Source: a bacterium | Lineage (GTDB): Bacteria; SAR324; JACQKK01 | NCBI GenBank assembly: GCA_965240465.1 | Contig: OZ251219.1 | Location: forward strand, 960,001-1,024,000 | Direction of reading: 5' to 3' | DNA length: 64,000 bases | In this document: positions 28,897 to 38,401 of the stretch, piece by piece | How the letters are laid out: every line of letters starts with the position of its first letter | How positions within the stretch are numbered: the stretch's first letter is position 1 | Notes under the pieces: model-generated | Database searches by the model: none | The model's input: the letters and a program-made list of their open reading frames with translations, nothing else | Told to the model about the DNA's origin: nothing | Position numbers and translations under genes: made by a program

Positions 28897-30825
28897 ATGT
28901 TTGTCTGCCAGGGTACAGCTAAGACCTTAAATGGTTTCAAGCGTATAAACGTGCATCATCATTTACAGGAAGCCCTAGGTGCTTGGCATGATCTATATGA
29001 GAAAAAGGGAGGGGACCCTATCGGAATGGAATCTGCCTTGAACAGCCAGTTGGAAAGCCAATTTGCCACTGAGGCGATGGGAAAATTAGCACTGAGTGGG
29101 CAAATGAGTTGCATGTTGCGGGTGCGTGATATTCAAAGCTTCGTGACTGAATGCTCCTTGCTGAGAGATATTAAAATTGAAGTACTGGAACATATTTTAC
29201 TGGAACAGAATCTATCAGCCCGCTGGGCTACGGTGCGTGATACCTTGGCTAGAAATGCCTCTATCTTGTGTGATATTAAACCTATGCCAGCCTTGATGAG
29301 GCTGGAAACCTGTAAACAGCAATTGTCCGACCCTTTGTCTGTTTTGGGAAAGTTGTTGGTGGCTACCGCCTTATTTAATTTTGATCAGGATAAAGAACAT
29401 CCTCCCTTAAACTGGCTGGTTCACTTCAAAAGCAAGGCTTTTCCCGAACACAAATGGCATCATCAGGTCAAGGAAATGGAAGATTGGAGACCATCCAACC
29501 CCTTGTGTCGCTGGGAGTACCTAGCCGCAGACTTGATGCACGTGTTGTTTAGAGAAGCACGCTCCCAACTGCCCGAGCATTCATCTTATCAGGGTTTTCA
29601 GACTACTAAGGACGAGCAAGGTTTTGCCGTCCTTCCCGCTAATAGCAGTCGCAAAACCTATTGTTTATTTCAGCCTTTGTCAAAGGATGAAAAGCAGTAC
29701 TGCCAGCCTTTGTCAAAGGATGAAAAGCAGGATTGCCAGCCTTTGTCAAAGGATGAAAAGCAGGATTGCCAGCTTTTAACAAAGGATGAAAAGCGGGATT
29801 GCCAGCTTTTAACAAAGGATGAAAAGCAGGATTGCCAGCTCCTGTCCAGGGATGAGGACTATTCCACCCCGCCAACTGGGAACAACCCAACAGGAGAAGT
29901 AACAACCACAGCAGAGCCTGTTGCCAAAGACGCGGCAAAACCGCAGCAAATAGAGCTCTTTCCTCTGAATGCTAGCGATTTCCTACCCCAACTTCATCGC
30001 TTTGGTCATCGTCGCTTAGGACCTCAAACACCCCGCCTCCTAGCCGTGCTTATGGAGCAACTGGCAGTTGCCGAGCCAGCCATACCGCTCACCATCTCGC
30101 TTGAGAAAATCAGTACTCGGGTAGCCAGTGCAAACGATACTCCCAAGAAACATTCCTCCCGTAGAAAAAATCTGGTGAAAATCATCAACTGGCTACAGCA
30201 AGAAGTCCTTATGCATCATGTGCTGGATAATACCGACAGCACCCAGCAATCCCTAAGCAAAGGAGGATTATTGAACGTCTTGCGTTGGGAAGGACCGCAA
30301 CACATATTTGTTCCTCAGGATACTCATGACTATAAAGGCAACTATCCCCACAACTATCCCCACAACTATCCCCACAACTATCCCCACAACCAGCAAGATG
30401 CACACCAAGTGAGAATCCTATTGGACAGCAGCTTCTTCAATCCTGATGGTAGCTGCATGGCAGCACTCTGGAGAGACTTGCCTTCGGCACTCTTTTCTCC
30501 CGATAACCAAACCCACCCCTATGCACCGGCTTTGTTCGCCTTCATGAGACAAAAATGGAATTCTCAATCCAGAAAAACATGGACTATTCACGTACAAACC
30601 CTGCTGGAACAATGCGGAATTTGGTACAGTCCCTCTGGTCGCTACCGTGCCTTGGAAACCCTCAAAAGAGACCTAAACTTCATGAAACAACAAGGCTGGT
30701 TGTATAAATGGCACATCACTGAATATCCCCAAAGACAAACCCTCCACCAAGAATGCATCCTCACTGCTTCGGTGCCTGCAATAATTTCTAAAACCTGGAA
30801 AAAATCGGCTTCTTACTATGGGTGA
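28897..30825 (+). CDS. Hypothetical protein; C-terminal half may contain Rep/TrfA-like winged-helix domains
   Basis: 642-aa ORF with internal repeats. LLAVLMEQ...LTISLEKI...LVKIINWL and ALFAFMRQ...TIHVQTLLEQCG...LETLKRDLNFMKQQGWL resemble initiator winged helices by eye only. Confidence 0.6.
   Translation: MFVCQGTAKTLNGFKRINVHHHLQEALGAWHDLYEKKGGDPIGMESALNSQLESQFATEAMGKLALSGQMSCMLRVRDIQSFVTECSLLRDIKIEVLEHILLEQNLSARWATVRDTLARNASILCDIKPMPALMRLETCKQQLSDPLSVLGKLLVATALFNFDQDKEHPPLNWLVHFKSKAFPEHKWHHQVKEMEDWRPSNPLCRWEYLAADLMHVLFREARSQLPEHSSYQGFQTTKDEQGFAVLPANSSRKTYCLFQPLSKDEKQYCQPLSKDEKQDCQPLSKDEKQDCQLLTKDEKRDCQLLTKDEKQDCQLLSRDEDYSTPPTGNNPTGEVTTTAEPVAKDAAKPQQIELFPLNASDFLPQLHRFGHRRLGPQTPRLLAVLMEQLAVAEPAIPLTISLEKISTRVASANDTPKKHSSRRKNLVKIINWLQQEVLMHHVLDNTDSTQQSLSKGGLLNVLRWEGPQHIFVPQDTHDYKGNYPHNYPHNYPHNYPHNQQDAHQVRILLDSSFFNPDGSCMAALWRDLPSALFSPDNQTHPYAPALFAFMRQKWNSQSRKTWTIHVQTLLEQCGIWYSPSGRYRALETLKRDLNFMKQQGWLYKWHITEYPQRQTLHQECILTASVPAIISKTWKKSASYYG
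29671..29856 (+). repeat. 33-bp coding repeat (QPLSKDEKQDC-like), 5 copies plus a partial copy
   Basis: Units start at 29671, 29704, 29737, 29770, 29803 and 29836. Confidence 0.9.
30339..30390 (+). repeat. 12-bp coding repeat CAACTATCCCCA x4 (NYPH)
   Basis: Read directly from the sequence. Confidence 0.9.
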
Positions 30826-30989
30826 GCTTGCTTACGGTAATGCTTGCTCGCAGTAATAACTGTTCGCCATAACACTTACTGATAATTATTTAACAATCAC
30901 TATTCGTCAATTTAACCCACTTTCATTCATCAACAAAAGGATAGGACAAGCACAAAAGCCGAATACGAAGGCCAAGTACAAAAACAAAA

Positions 30990-31117
30990 ACAAAGATAGG
31001 GAGTGATTCTCGTATTAGTTCCCCGCAGAAACCCGGCACATCAAGGATGAATTGTGCACTTTCCCAAGGATTTGGATGGTTTCGGCCTGTGGTCAACGAG
31101 GATCACTCCTTCTTTGT
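30990..31117 (+). ncRNA. Candidate structured non-coding RNA (long closing stem, two GGA-loop hairpins)
   Basis: ACAAAGA-ta-GGGAGTGATTCTCGT pairs with ACGAGGATCACTCCT-TCTTTGT. Inner stems CCGCAG/CTGTGG and AAACC/GGTTT. Hairpins GCACA-TCA-AGGA-TGA-at-TGTGC and CCAA-GGAT-TTGG. Confidence 0.5.
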
Positions 31118-31236
31118 CGCTTGGTTTTCTATTATATCCCGATACAGGCTGATTGTATGGAGTAAGAGCAAAGCCACCCGAACAGATGGTCATTATTGAT
31201 GGAATGGGGTAGAGTGCCTTAGCAGGAGTTTTCTGA

Positions 31237-32058
31237 GTGTCCCCTTCCCCTTCTTATTCATATCGCCTTGGTATGGTGCAGATGGATTCGGGCAACCAGA
31301 TGGATGCCAATCTTGAACAAATGTTGGGGTGGGTGAAAGAAGCTAGTCAGCAGGGAGTTTCTTTACTGGCTTTCCCAGAGATGTGTTTATACATCGGCGA
31401 TCATGGTGATCGGGTGAAGAACGCGATCCATGTTGATGATGAAAGCGATGCCACTATGGTACGCCTGAAAGAAGCAGCTATTAAAAATAAGATCTGGTTG
31501 ATGCTGGGCAGTGTGTCTGAGTTTGCAGGTCCTGATGTTAACAAGGTTTATAATTCTTCTCTCTTGCTGGGGGCAGATGGAAAGTTGCATGCACATTATC
31601 GCAAGAGGCATTTGTTTCAGGCTTTGTTGCCTGATATATCCATGCAGGAAACTCATTTTTTCTTAGCGGGGCAGGAGCCTCCCCCAGTGGTTAAGACTCA
31701 TTTTGGGAGGCTGGGTTTTTCCATCTGCTTTGATGTCCGCTTTGGCGAGCACTACAGGTACTTGCGAGATGCTGGAGCCGAATTGGTGTTTGTGCCTTCT
31801 AATTTTACCATCCCGACGGGCAAATATCACTGGGAGGTTTTATTGCGTGCCCGGGCGATAGAAAATCAGTTATTTATTGTGGCTCCTGCCCAAGTAGGTA
31901 CTCATCGGGGTTGGGGATACTCCTCTTATGGTCATAGCATGCTGGTTGACCCTTGGGGAGAAGTACTCTGTTGCCAGCCTGAGGGGATTGGGCTGTCGGT
32001 GTTGGAAGTCAATTTAGAGCAAGTACAGATGGTACGTGAGCAGATCAATATGGGTTAG
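31237..32058 (+). CDS. Carbon-nitrogen hydrolase (Nit1/deaminated glutathione amidase-like)
   Basis: FPE, YRKRHLF, ICFDVRF, WEVLLRARAIENQ and YGHSMLVDPWG. Confidence 0.9.
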   Translation: MSPSPSYSYRLGMVQMDSGNQMDANLEQMLGWVKEASQQGVSLLAFPEMCLYIGDHGDRVKNAIHVDDESDATMVRLKEAAIKNKIWLMLGSVSEFAGPDVNKVYNSSLLLGADGKLHAHYRKRHLFQALLPDISMQETHFFLAGQEPPPVVKTHFGRLGFSICFDVRFGEHYRYLRDAGAELVFVPSNFTIPTGKYHWEVLLRARAIENQLFIVAPAQVGTHRGWGYSSYGHSMLVDPWGEVLCCQPEGIGLSVLEVNLEQVQMVREQINMG

Positions 32059-32315
32059 GATTGAATTTCTTCTAAAACAACGGCAGGCGATTATTTGTGA
32101 TAAAATGGTACATAACAATAGAATTATAGATTGGCATGATAAATGCCTTAGCATAATAATGCTCTGGTTGGAAAATGAGCTGGCGAAGGAATAGTTCCTA
32201 ATATGAGGTATGAAGAAGATATCATGCACACTAAAATTGTAGGTACCCTGCTGATGAGAGATTGGATGTTTTTGAATTTTTATTTACCTCAATTTATTTT
32301 CAAGGAGATCTTACA

Positions 32316-33242
32316 ATGTTAAAGCCTAGTGATATTCACCCTCAGGCGGGCAGGCGTCGGGAAATGATGACGCCCGTCCATGTTAGTGCAAAGGATAAAA
32401 GGTTAGAGCATCCTGCTCGTCATGCCCCGCGTATTTTTGCAGACACGGCGATATTGAAAGATATCAGTCCTCTAAGGGAAGGTGGGGTAATTAATGGAGT
32501 TACTACCAATCCCACTCTATTAAAGCTGGCGGGGGCTAGTTCTTGGCCGCAGGCGGTATCCATCATGCGGGAGATCTGTGAATACATGATGCCTTATCCA
32601 GTATCTTTGGAACTAACCGAGCTACAACCAAAGCAGATGCTAGCTCAAGCCGAGGAATTGGCAAGTTTGGGCGAGAATGTGGTGATTAAGGTGCCAGTAG
32701 GAGGATATAAGGCGGTGGAGCGTGATCCTTTGACTGGTCTAAAGGTATTACGCCAATTATGGGAGCGGGATATTCAGACCAATGCCACCCTGATATTCAA
32801 CAGCACGCAAGCCTTTTGGGCTGCCAATGCTGGGGCGAGTTATGTTTCTCCATTTTTGGGACGTCTAGCAGATTATATGTATAAGCACGATAAACCAGAA
32901 CGTTCGGCGGGTAATTCTCTTTATTATTTGGATAACCACAAAGCCCCCGCAGGAGGTCCTGATAAAACTTGGAACACCGACTATGTAGCCTCAGGTGGTG
33001 AACGCAAAGATGCGGGGGTACGTCTGATCAACGAGATTGTAGCTGTGTTTAACGCCTATTGCATCAAGACCGAAGTGTTGGCAGCATCCTTCCGCAATGC
33101 GGTACAAGTGAGTGAGTGCTTATTGGCAGGGGCAGATATTCTCACAGTGCCAGCCACAATTTTGATGGGAGTGGCAGATCATCCTTTGTCGGAGGAAGGG
33201 ATGAAGTCTTTTGTGGCCGATGCAAAAGTGTTTGAAAAATAG
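32316..33242 (+). CDS. tal: Transaldolase (TalC/MipB-type) with internal insertion
   Basis: IFADTA, GVTTNPTL, VVIKVP, NATLIF, YVSPFLGRL and LAASFR. AAGGAG RBS before the ATG at 32316. Confidence 0.85.
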   Translation: MLKPSDIHPQAGRRREMMTPVHVSAKDKRLEHPARHAPRIFADTAILKDISPLREGGVINGVTTNPTLLKLAGASSWPQAVSIMREICEYMMPYPVSLELTELQPKQMLAQAEELASLGENVVIKVPVGGYKAVERDPLTGLKVLRQLWERDIQTNATLIFNSTQAFWAANAGASYVSPFLGRLADYMYKHDKPERSAGNSLYYLDNHKAPAGGPDKTWNTDYVASGGERKDAGVRLINEIVAVFNAYCIKTEVLAASFRNAVQVSECLLAGADILTVPATILMGVADHPLSEEGMKSFVADAKVFEK

Positions 33243-33245
33243 ACC

Positions 33246-34610
33246 ATGAATTCCACCCAGAAAAGTCATTGTTGCTGGAAAGACTTGTCTAACCTGCCAG
33301 GCACTCCAGATTTATTATTTGCAGCAGAGCATGGCATTAAGGCTGAGCGAGTACATCCGCACGTGATTTATATCTGTGAGCGATTGAATCAATTGGGCTA
33401 CACAGCCTGGCTGGTGGGAGGGGCAGTACGCGACTTGCTATTGGGAATAAAACCAATAGATTTTGACATCGCCTGCTCCGCTAGCACACGTACTTTGAGT
33501 AGTACATTCCGTAATGCACGGGTGGTAGGACGCAGGTTTCCGGTGGTTTTTGTGGAGTTCCCAGATCTATGCGTACAGGTGAGCTCCTTTCGCGGTGCAC
33601 CCCTGAAAGATAAAGAAGGGATGATTTATAAAGACAATGTCATGGGTAGCCCTTATGAAGATGTAAAAAGAAGGGATTTCACCATAAATGCCCTGTTCTT
33701 GGAATTAAAAGAAATGACGGTGATTGATTATGTAGGAGGAGTCAAAGATCTGCATTCCAAAAATCTGTGTAGCCTACAACCCCCTAAATTAGCTTTTACC
33801 GAGGATCCCGTACGCATCCTGCGTGCAGTACGGTTTGCTCAGCGGCTAGGAATGGAAATTAACTCCGAGATGAGAAAGGCAATCAGCCAAAAACGACATC
33901 TGCTCACGCACTCCAGCCGTTATCGCTTGAATCAGGAATTACATAGATTCTGCAAGCGTGGCTTGTCAACGACTCATTTTAAGATGTTTGATGATCTAGG
34001 ACTGCTACCCTTTTTGTTGGGGATGGAAGAACATCGGCAATTATTTGACAAAGTAACTACATCAGCTCCCTTTCAAAGATTAAAACCACTACTACAGAAT
34101 ATTGATAATTGGCATACTCAGGAGGAAGAAGAATTATCACAGACAGTAGTACTGCTGGCCATGCTGGCACAACTGACAAAGAAAAAATGGTTGCAAGTGA
34201 TGTTCTATAAAAAAGGAGTTTTGGCGTCTTCAAGGCGGATATTGCTAAAACGAACCCTAGTAGATTTCTTAGGCGATTGGGGTTTTTTGAAGGGTCAAAT
34301 TAAGCCCTCCCTGCAGATATTAAAAGCAGCTCAGCAGTTGATGGTAGATGAATTTGCTCCCGTACCAGCCTCAATAGCCCTGCCTGGAACCAGGGAAGCT
34401 TGGCTACTCCTGAATTTACTAGCAGGAAGTACTCTAAAATTTGAGCAGAAACAACTTAAATACGGACTGACCACCTTGCCTGATCTTCCCGATTTGCCAA
34501 TCTTAGACCACCCCCGCCCCATCAAACGATTACATATTGGAGATGGTATGCCCCCATCAAGAAAAAAACGATGGCGTAATTATCGCTATAGAGACAAGAA
34601 GAAGAGTTAA
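33246..34610 (+). CDS. pcnB: Poly(A) polymerase PcnB family nucleotidyltransferase
   Basis: LVGGAVRDLLLG, DFDI, VVGRRF (PAP-like signature), RRDFTINAL and EDPVRILRAVRF. Confidence 0.8.
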   Translation: MNSTQKSHCCWKDLSNLPGTPDLLFAAEHGIKAERVHPHVIYICERLNQLGYTAWLVGGAVRDLLLGIKPIDFDIACSASTRTLSSTFRNARVVGRRFPVVFVEFPDLCVQVSSFRGAPLKDKEGMIYKDNVMGSPYEDVKRRDFTINALFLELKEMTVIDYVGGVKDLHSKNLCSLQPPKLAFTEDPVRILRAVRFAQRLGMEINSEMRKAISQKRHLLTHSSRYRLNQELHRFCKRGLSTTHFKMFDDLGLLPFLLGMEEHRQLFDKVTTSAPFQRLKPLLQNIDNWHTQEEEELSQTVVLLAMLAQLTKKKWLQVMFYKKGVLASSRRILLKRTLVDFLGDWGFLKGQIKPSLQILKAAQQLMVDEFAPVPASIALPGTREAWLLLNLLAGSTLKFEQKQLKYGLTTLPDLPDLPILDHPRPIKRLHIGDGMPPSRKKRWRNYRYRDKKKS

Positions 34611-34693
34611 ATCCTTGCTGACAAGGGTTCAATCTTGTGTTTGTGTCTAGTAATGATTGCTTCTAGCGATTATGTCTAGAGATTGCGGGAGGG

Positions 34694-37600
34694 TTAATTA
34701 GCTTTTTTATAAGCAATCGGGGAAGGGTAGTAAAATTCCAATTGTTCTTCTTGGGGCAGTAGTGCAGATATTTCACGAATGTTCTCAAACGAGGGAGTGA
34801 TGGCATAACCGCTATTGATTTGTATATTGGAGGTGGGTGTTTCCAGATTCAGTTCAATGCGACAAATCCCTTTAGGCAATTGGCTAATGATTTCTGCTAG
34901 CTTAGGTATTAGGTCTTCGGTAGGCGAAGAAAGTTTTATGTTAAGCAATTCAGCGTGTTTTTCTCTGTATGAAGCGAGCGTGGTGATCCATTCTGCGTTT
35001 AACTGCAGATCTTTTTCTTGTTTTTGCAATTTTCCATGTACCAGTAGGGGTTCATCCGATTCCAATAGGGGTGCAGATTTAGCATAGAGCGAGGAAAAGA
35101 CCATCAAATCTATGGAGCTGCGAGTATCCATGAGGCGTACGGAGGCGTATTTTTCGGCCTTGCGATTGAGACGTACCTTGTGGCTTTGAATAATTCCAGC
35201 TACTTGGATGCCTTTGGTCGGGGGACGCTCTAATTCTCGCAAATCGTGGATGTTACTGGTTAGTTGTTTAAGCTCTGAGGAGTAGGTGTTCAGCGGATGT
35301 CCTGAGATATAAAACCCGAGGGCTTTTTTTTCTAATTGCAGGCGTTGATGAGATTCCATCTCTGCACACTCAGGTAGATTGAGGTCTAGTTCTTGAGCTT
35401 GTCCTGAGTCCATCAATTGGAAGATATTTTCTTGTCCTTGTTGCTGTTGTTGCTGATGATGTTGAATGACTTGCATCAAGGTGGGGAGAACTTCTAATAG
35501 CGAAGCTCTATTAGGGCTAAGGGCATCTAATGAACCGCACTGGATAAGGGATTCCAGGGCGCGTTTATTAACCAGACTGGGGTTAATCTGTTGCAGAAAG
35601 TTTTGTAAGTTTGTAAATTTCTGTTGTGATTGCTGCAAGCGAGTTTCTACGATTTCTTGGGCTGCTGCCGAACCGACATTACGCACTGCATTCAGACCAA
35701 AGCGTACTGCATTTTTTTGAATGGAAAAACTAACCTGACTCTCATTGATATCGGGGGCGAGTACTTCAATCCCCATTTCACGACATTCAACAATGTTATT
35801 GACTACTCGGTCGGTGTTATGCATTTCGCCACTTAGCAGGGCACACATAAATGCTACTGGGTGATTGGCTTTCAGCCAGGCCGTTTGATAGGCAATCATG
35901 CCATAGGCTACCGAGTGTGATTTATTAAAGCCATAACCAGCGAATTTGTCTATTTGGTCAAATATATGCTGGGCTTCCTGTTCTGTGATTTCGTTGTTTA
36001 GGCAGCCTTTGACAAATCTTTCTCTATGTTGCTGCATATCAACGGGGTCTTTCTTACCCATGGCGCGTCTTAGTAGGTCTGCTTCTCCAAGGCTAAATCC
36101 TGCTAAAATGCGAGCTGCCTGCATAACTTGTTCTTGATATGCCATCACCCCCTTTGTTTCCCGCAACAATTCTTCCAGCTTTGGATGAGGAGATTGTATT
36201 TCCTGACGACCATTCTTGCGTTCTATGAAATTGTGCGTCATACCAGATTCCAAAGGTCCGGGGCGATAAAGAGCCAAGATCGCGGCTATATCAGAGAAGC
36301 AATCTGGCTTTGATTCCATCAATAGTCGCCGCATACCACTGGATTCCAATTGAAATATGCCAGTTGTTTCTCCATTCATAAGTAGCTTAAAAACCTTGGG
36401 GTCATCTATGGGTATGGAATCAATATCTATCTTGGGAGTGCCCTCTGGCTGTGATAAATTGATCAGCTCGAGAGCATGGTTGATGATGGTCAGATTATTT
36501 AATCCCAGAAAATCAAATTTAACTCCTCCTTGGTGTTCCACCCATTTCATGGCAAATTGAGATTGAATCCCGTGCCCTGATTTATCGGTACAAGTGGGTA
36601 TTACAGAGTCTATAGGGCTATCCATAATAATCACTCCCGCTGCGTGAGTGGACTGGGTGGAATGTAATCCTTCCAGTACTCGGGCGTGTTTCATCAGCTC
36701 TTTTTCTACGGGGGTGCCTTCTTTTTCTAGTTTTTCTAGTTCAGGCTCGGTTTTGACAGCTTCTCCTAGGGTGATCCCTAATTTATCGGGAATCAAGCGG
36801 GCGATTTTATCGGCATCGTTGTAGGAAAAATCTAACACTCTGGCTACATTGCGTATCACTGCTTTGGCAGCCAGCGTTCCATAGGTGGTAATCTGGCAAA
36901 CTTTATCACGACCATATTTACCGCGTACATATTCTAGTACTTGTTCTCGGCCTTCTACATCAAAATCCACATCAAAGTCGGGCATGCTAACTCGCTCGGG
37001 GTTTAAGAAGCGTTCAAACAATAGTCCATGGTAAATGGGGTCTAGACCGGTGATGCCTAGTACATAAGCTGTTAATGAACCTGCTCCAGAACCTCTTCCT
37101 GGTCCCACCCGCACCCCGTTCTGCTTAGCCCAATTGATGAAATCAGCTACGATCAAAAAATAACCGCTATATTTCATACAACAAATCACATCTAGTTCAT
37201 GCTTCAATCGCTGGTGATAATTCTTCTGCCAGCTGTCTTTTTGTTCTGGTGGGATGGCATAGCGAGTTTCCAATCTTGCCAATTTCTTTTCCAGATGCTC
37301 CAGTCCCAGCTTTTTTAGCCAGCTGTTTTCATCTGTAGCCTCTGCCGGTAAATCAAAACGAGGCAAATGCACGGTGTCATTTTCTAATCCCAAATCACAC
37401 GAGGCTACAATCAGCTCGCTATTAGTGAGGGCTTCGGGAGGATAATCCCTCATCGCGACTTCCATTTCCTGCGGTGAACGGAGATAAAACTGGTCGCTCT
37501 CCGCTTTGCCGATATTGGCTAGCGTCTTCTGTTTGCCTATCAACCTCAGCAAATGCTGTGACTCGGACTCCTCAGCTCTAAGATAAAAACAATCATTCCC

Positions 37601-38215
37601 CGCTACCAAGGGCAAACTCATTGCCTCTGCCAATTCCAATAATTGAGCATTTAGCTCTGTTTGACCGGTCAATCCTTGATTCTGTAATCCCACATAGAAG
37701 CGTTGGTCAAATGCTTCACTCAGCCACTTGGCAATTTGCTGGGCTTCCTGGGTTTGTTTTTGCCTCAGCTGCTTGCCCAGTACCCCCTTGGCACCCCAGC
37801 TGATAGCGATTAGACCCTCTTGGTGGGTTTCTAGCAATTGGCGGTCAACCCGAGGAACATAGTACTTTCCCTTGGCATAGGATAGGCTGGAAAGCTTCAT
37901 CAAGTTTTGGTACCCAACCCTGTTTTGGCAAATCAGTACCAAACTGGAAGCATTCGGTCCAGGACGCGAATACTTACGCTCGGTACAAGGACCCCTACTC
38001 ACAAATGCTTCCATCCCCAGCAAGGGTTTTAGCCCTGCTTTCTTCATGGTCGTATAAAATTCTACTACCCCCGCTATCGAACCAGTGTCCGTAATGGCAC
38101 AACTTTTATACCCCTGCTTCTTTAAGGCTGCCGGCAGATCAGCAATTCTAATAGCCCCATTTAGAAGCGAATACTGAGTGTGCAGGTGTAAGTGCGTGAA
38201 CATATTAAACAACAA
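34694..38215 (-). CDS. dnaE: DNA polymerase III alpha subunit
   Basis: HLHLHTQYSLL, GPGRGSGAGS, FERFLNPERVSMPDFDVDF, KFDFLGL and YGFNKSHS. Confidence 0.97.
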   Translation of the reverse strand: MLFNMFTHLHLHTQYSLLNGAIRIADLPAALKKQGYKSCAITDTGSIAGVVEFYTTMKKAGLKPLLGMEAFVSRGPCTERKYSRPGPNASSLVLICQNRVGYQNLMKLSSLSYAKGKYYVPRVDRQLLETHQEGLIAISWGAKGVLGKQLRQKQTQEAQQIAKWLSEAFDQRFYVGLQNQGLTGQTELNAQLLELAEAMSLPLVAGNDCFYLRAEESESQHLLRLIGKQKTLANIGKAESDQFYLRSPQEMEVAMRDYPPEALTNSELIVASCDLGLENDTVHLPRFDLPAEATDENSWLKKLGLEHLEKKLARLETRYAIPPEQKDSWQKNYHQRLKHELDVICCMKYSGYFLIVADFINWAKQNGVRVGPGRGSGAGSLTAYVLGITGLDPIYHGLLFERFLNPERVSMPDFDVDFDVEGREQVLEYVRGKYGRDKVCQITTYGTLAAKAVIRNVARVLDFSYNDADKIARLIPDKLGITLGEAVKTEPELEKLEKEGTPVEKELMKHARVLEGLHSTQSTHAAGVIIMDSPIDSVIPTCTDKSGHGIQSQFAMKWVEHQGGVKFDFLGLNNLTIINHALELINLSQPEGTPKIDIDSIPIDDPKVFKLLMNGETTGIFQLESSGMRRLLMESKPDCFSDIAAILALYRPGPLESGMTHNFIERKNGRQEIQSPHPKLEELLRETKGVMAYQEQVMQAARILAGFSLGEADLLRRAMGKKDPVDMQQHRERFVKGCLNNEITEQEAQHIFDQIDKFAGYGFNKSHSVAYGMIAYQTAWLKANHPVAFMCALLSGEMHNTDRVVNNIVECREMGIEVLAPDINESQVSFSIQKNAVRFGLNAVRNVGSAAAQEIVETRLQQSQQKFTNLQNFLQQINPSLVNKRALESLIQCGSLDALSPNRASLLEVLPTLMQVIQHHQQQQQQGQENIFQLMDSGQAQELDLNLPECAEMESHQRLQLEKKALGFYISGHPLNTYSSELKQLTSNIHDLRELERPPTKGIQVAGIIQSHKVRLNRKAEKYASVRLMDTRSSIDLMVFSSLYAKSAPLLESDEPLLVHGKLQKQEKDLQLNAEWITTLASYREKHAELLNIKLSSPTEDLIPKLAEIISQLPKGICRIELNLETPTSNIQINSGYAITPSFENIREISALLPQEEQLEFYYPSPIAYKKAN

Positions 38216-38401
38216 AAATAACGGCTACTTCCAGCCGTACATGATGCCAGATTCATCAGCAGATAAATTACTTTTTTGAGCCTCCCCCAGCCAAAGACTC
38301 CCCCAACCAAGATACAAGCTCAGCCAAGTGACTACCCTAGCTGAAGATTCCCCCAGCTAAATCTGCGTCCAACCTTCCCACCGAAAAAGATAATGGTGGT
38401 A

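Noticed and set aside
30990-31117. tRNA-Sec, SRP RNA, 6S RNA or retron msr-msd identity for the hairpin element
   Set aside because: No UCA anticodon, T-loop or CCA; no SRP domain IV motif; shorter than typical 6S RNA; no reverse transcriptase nearby.
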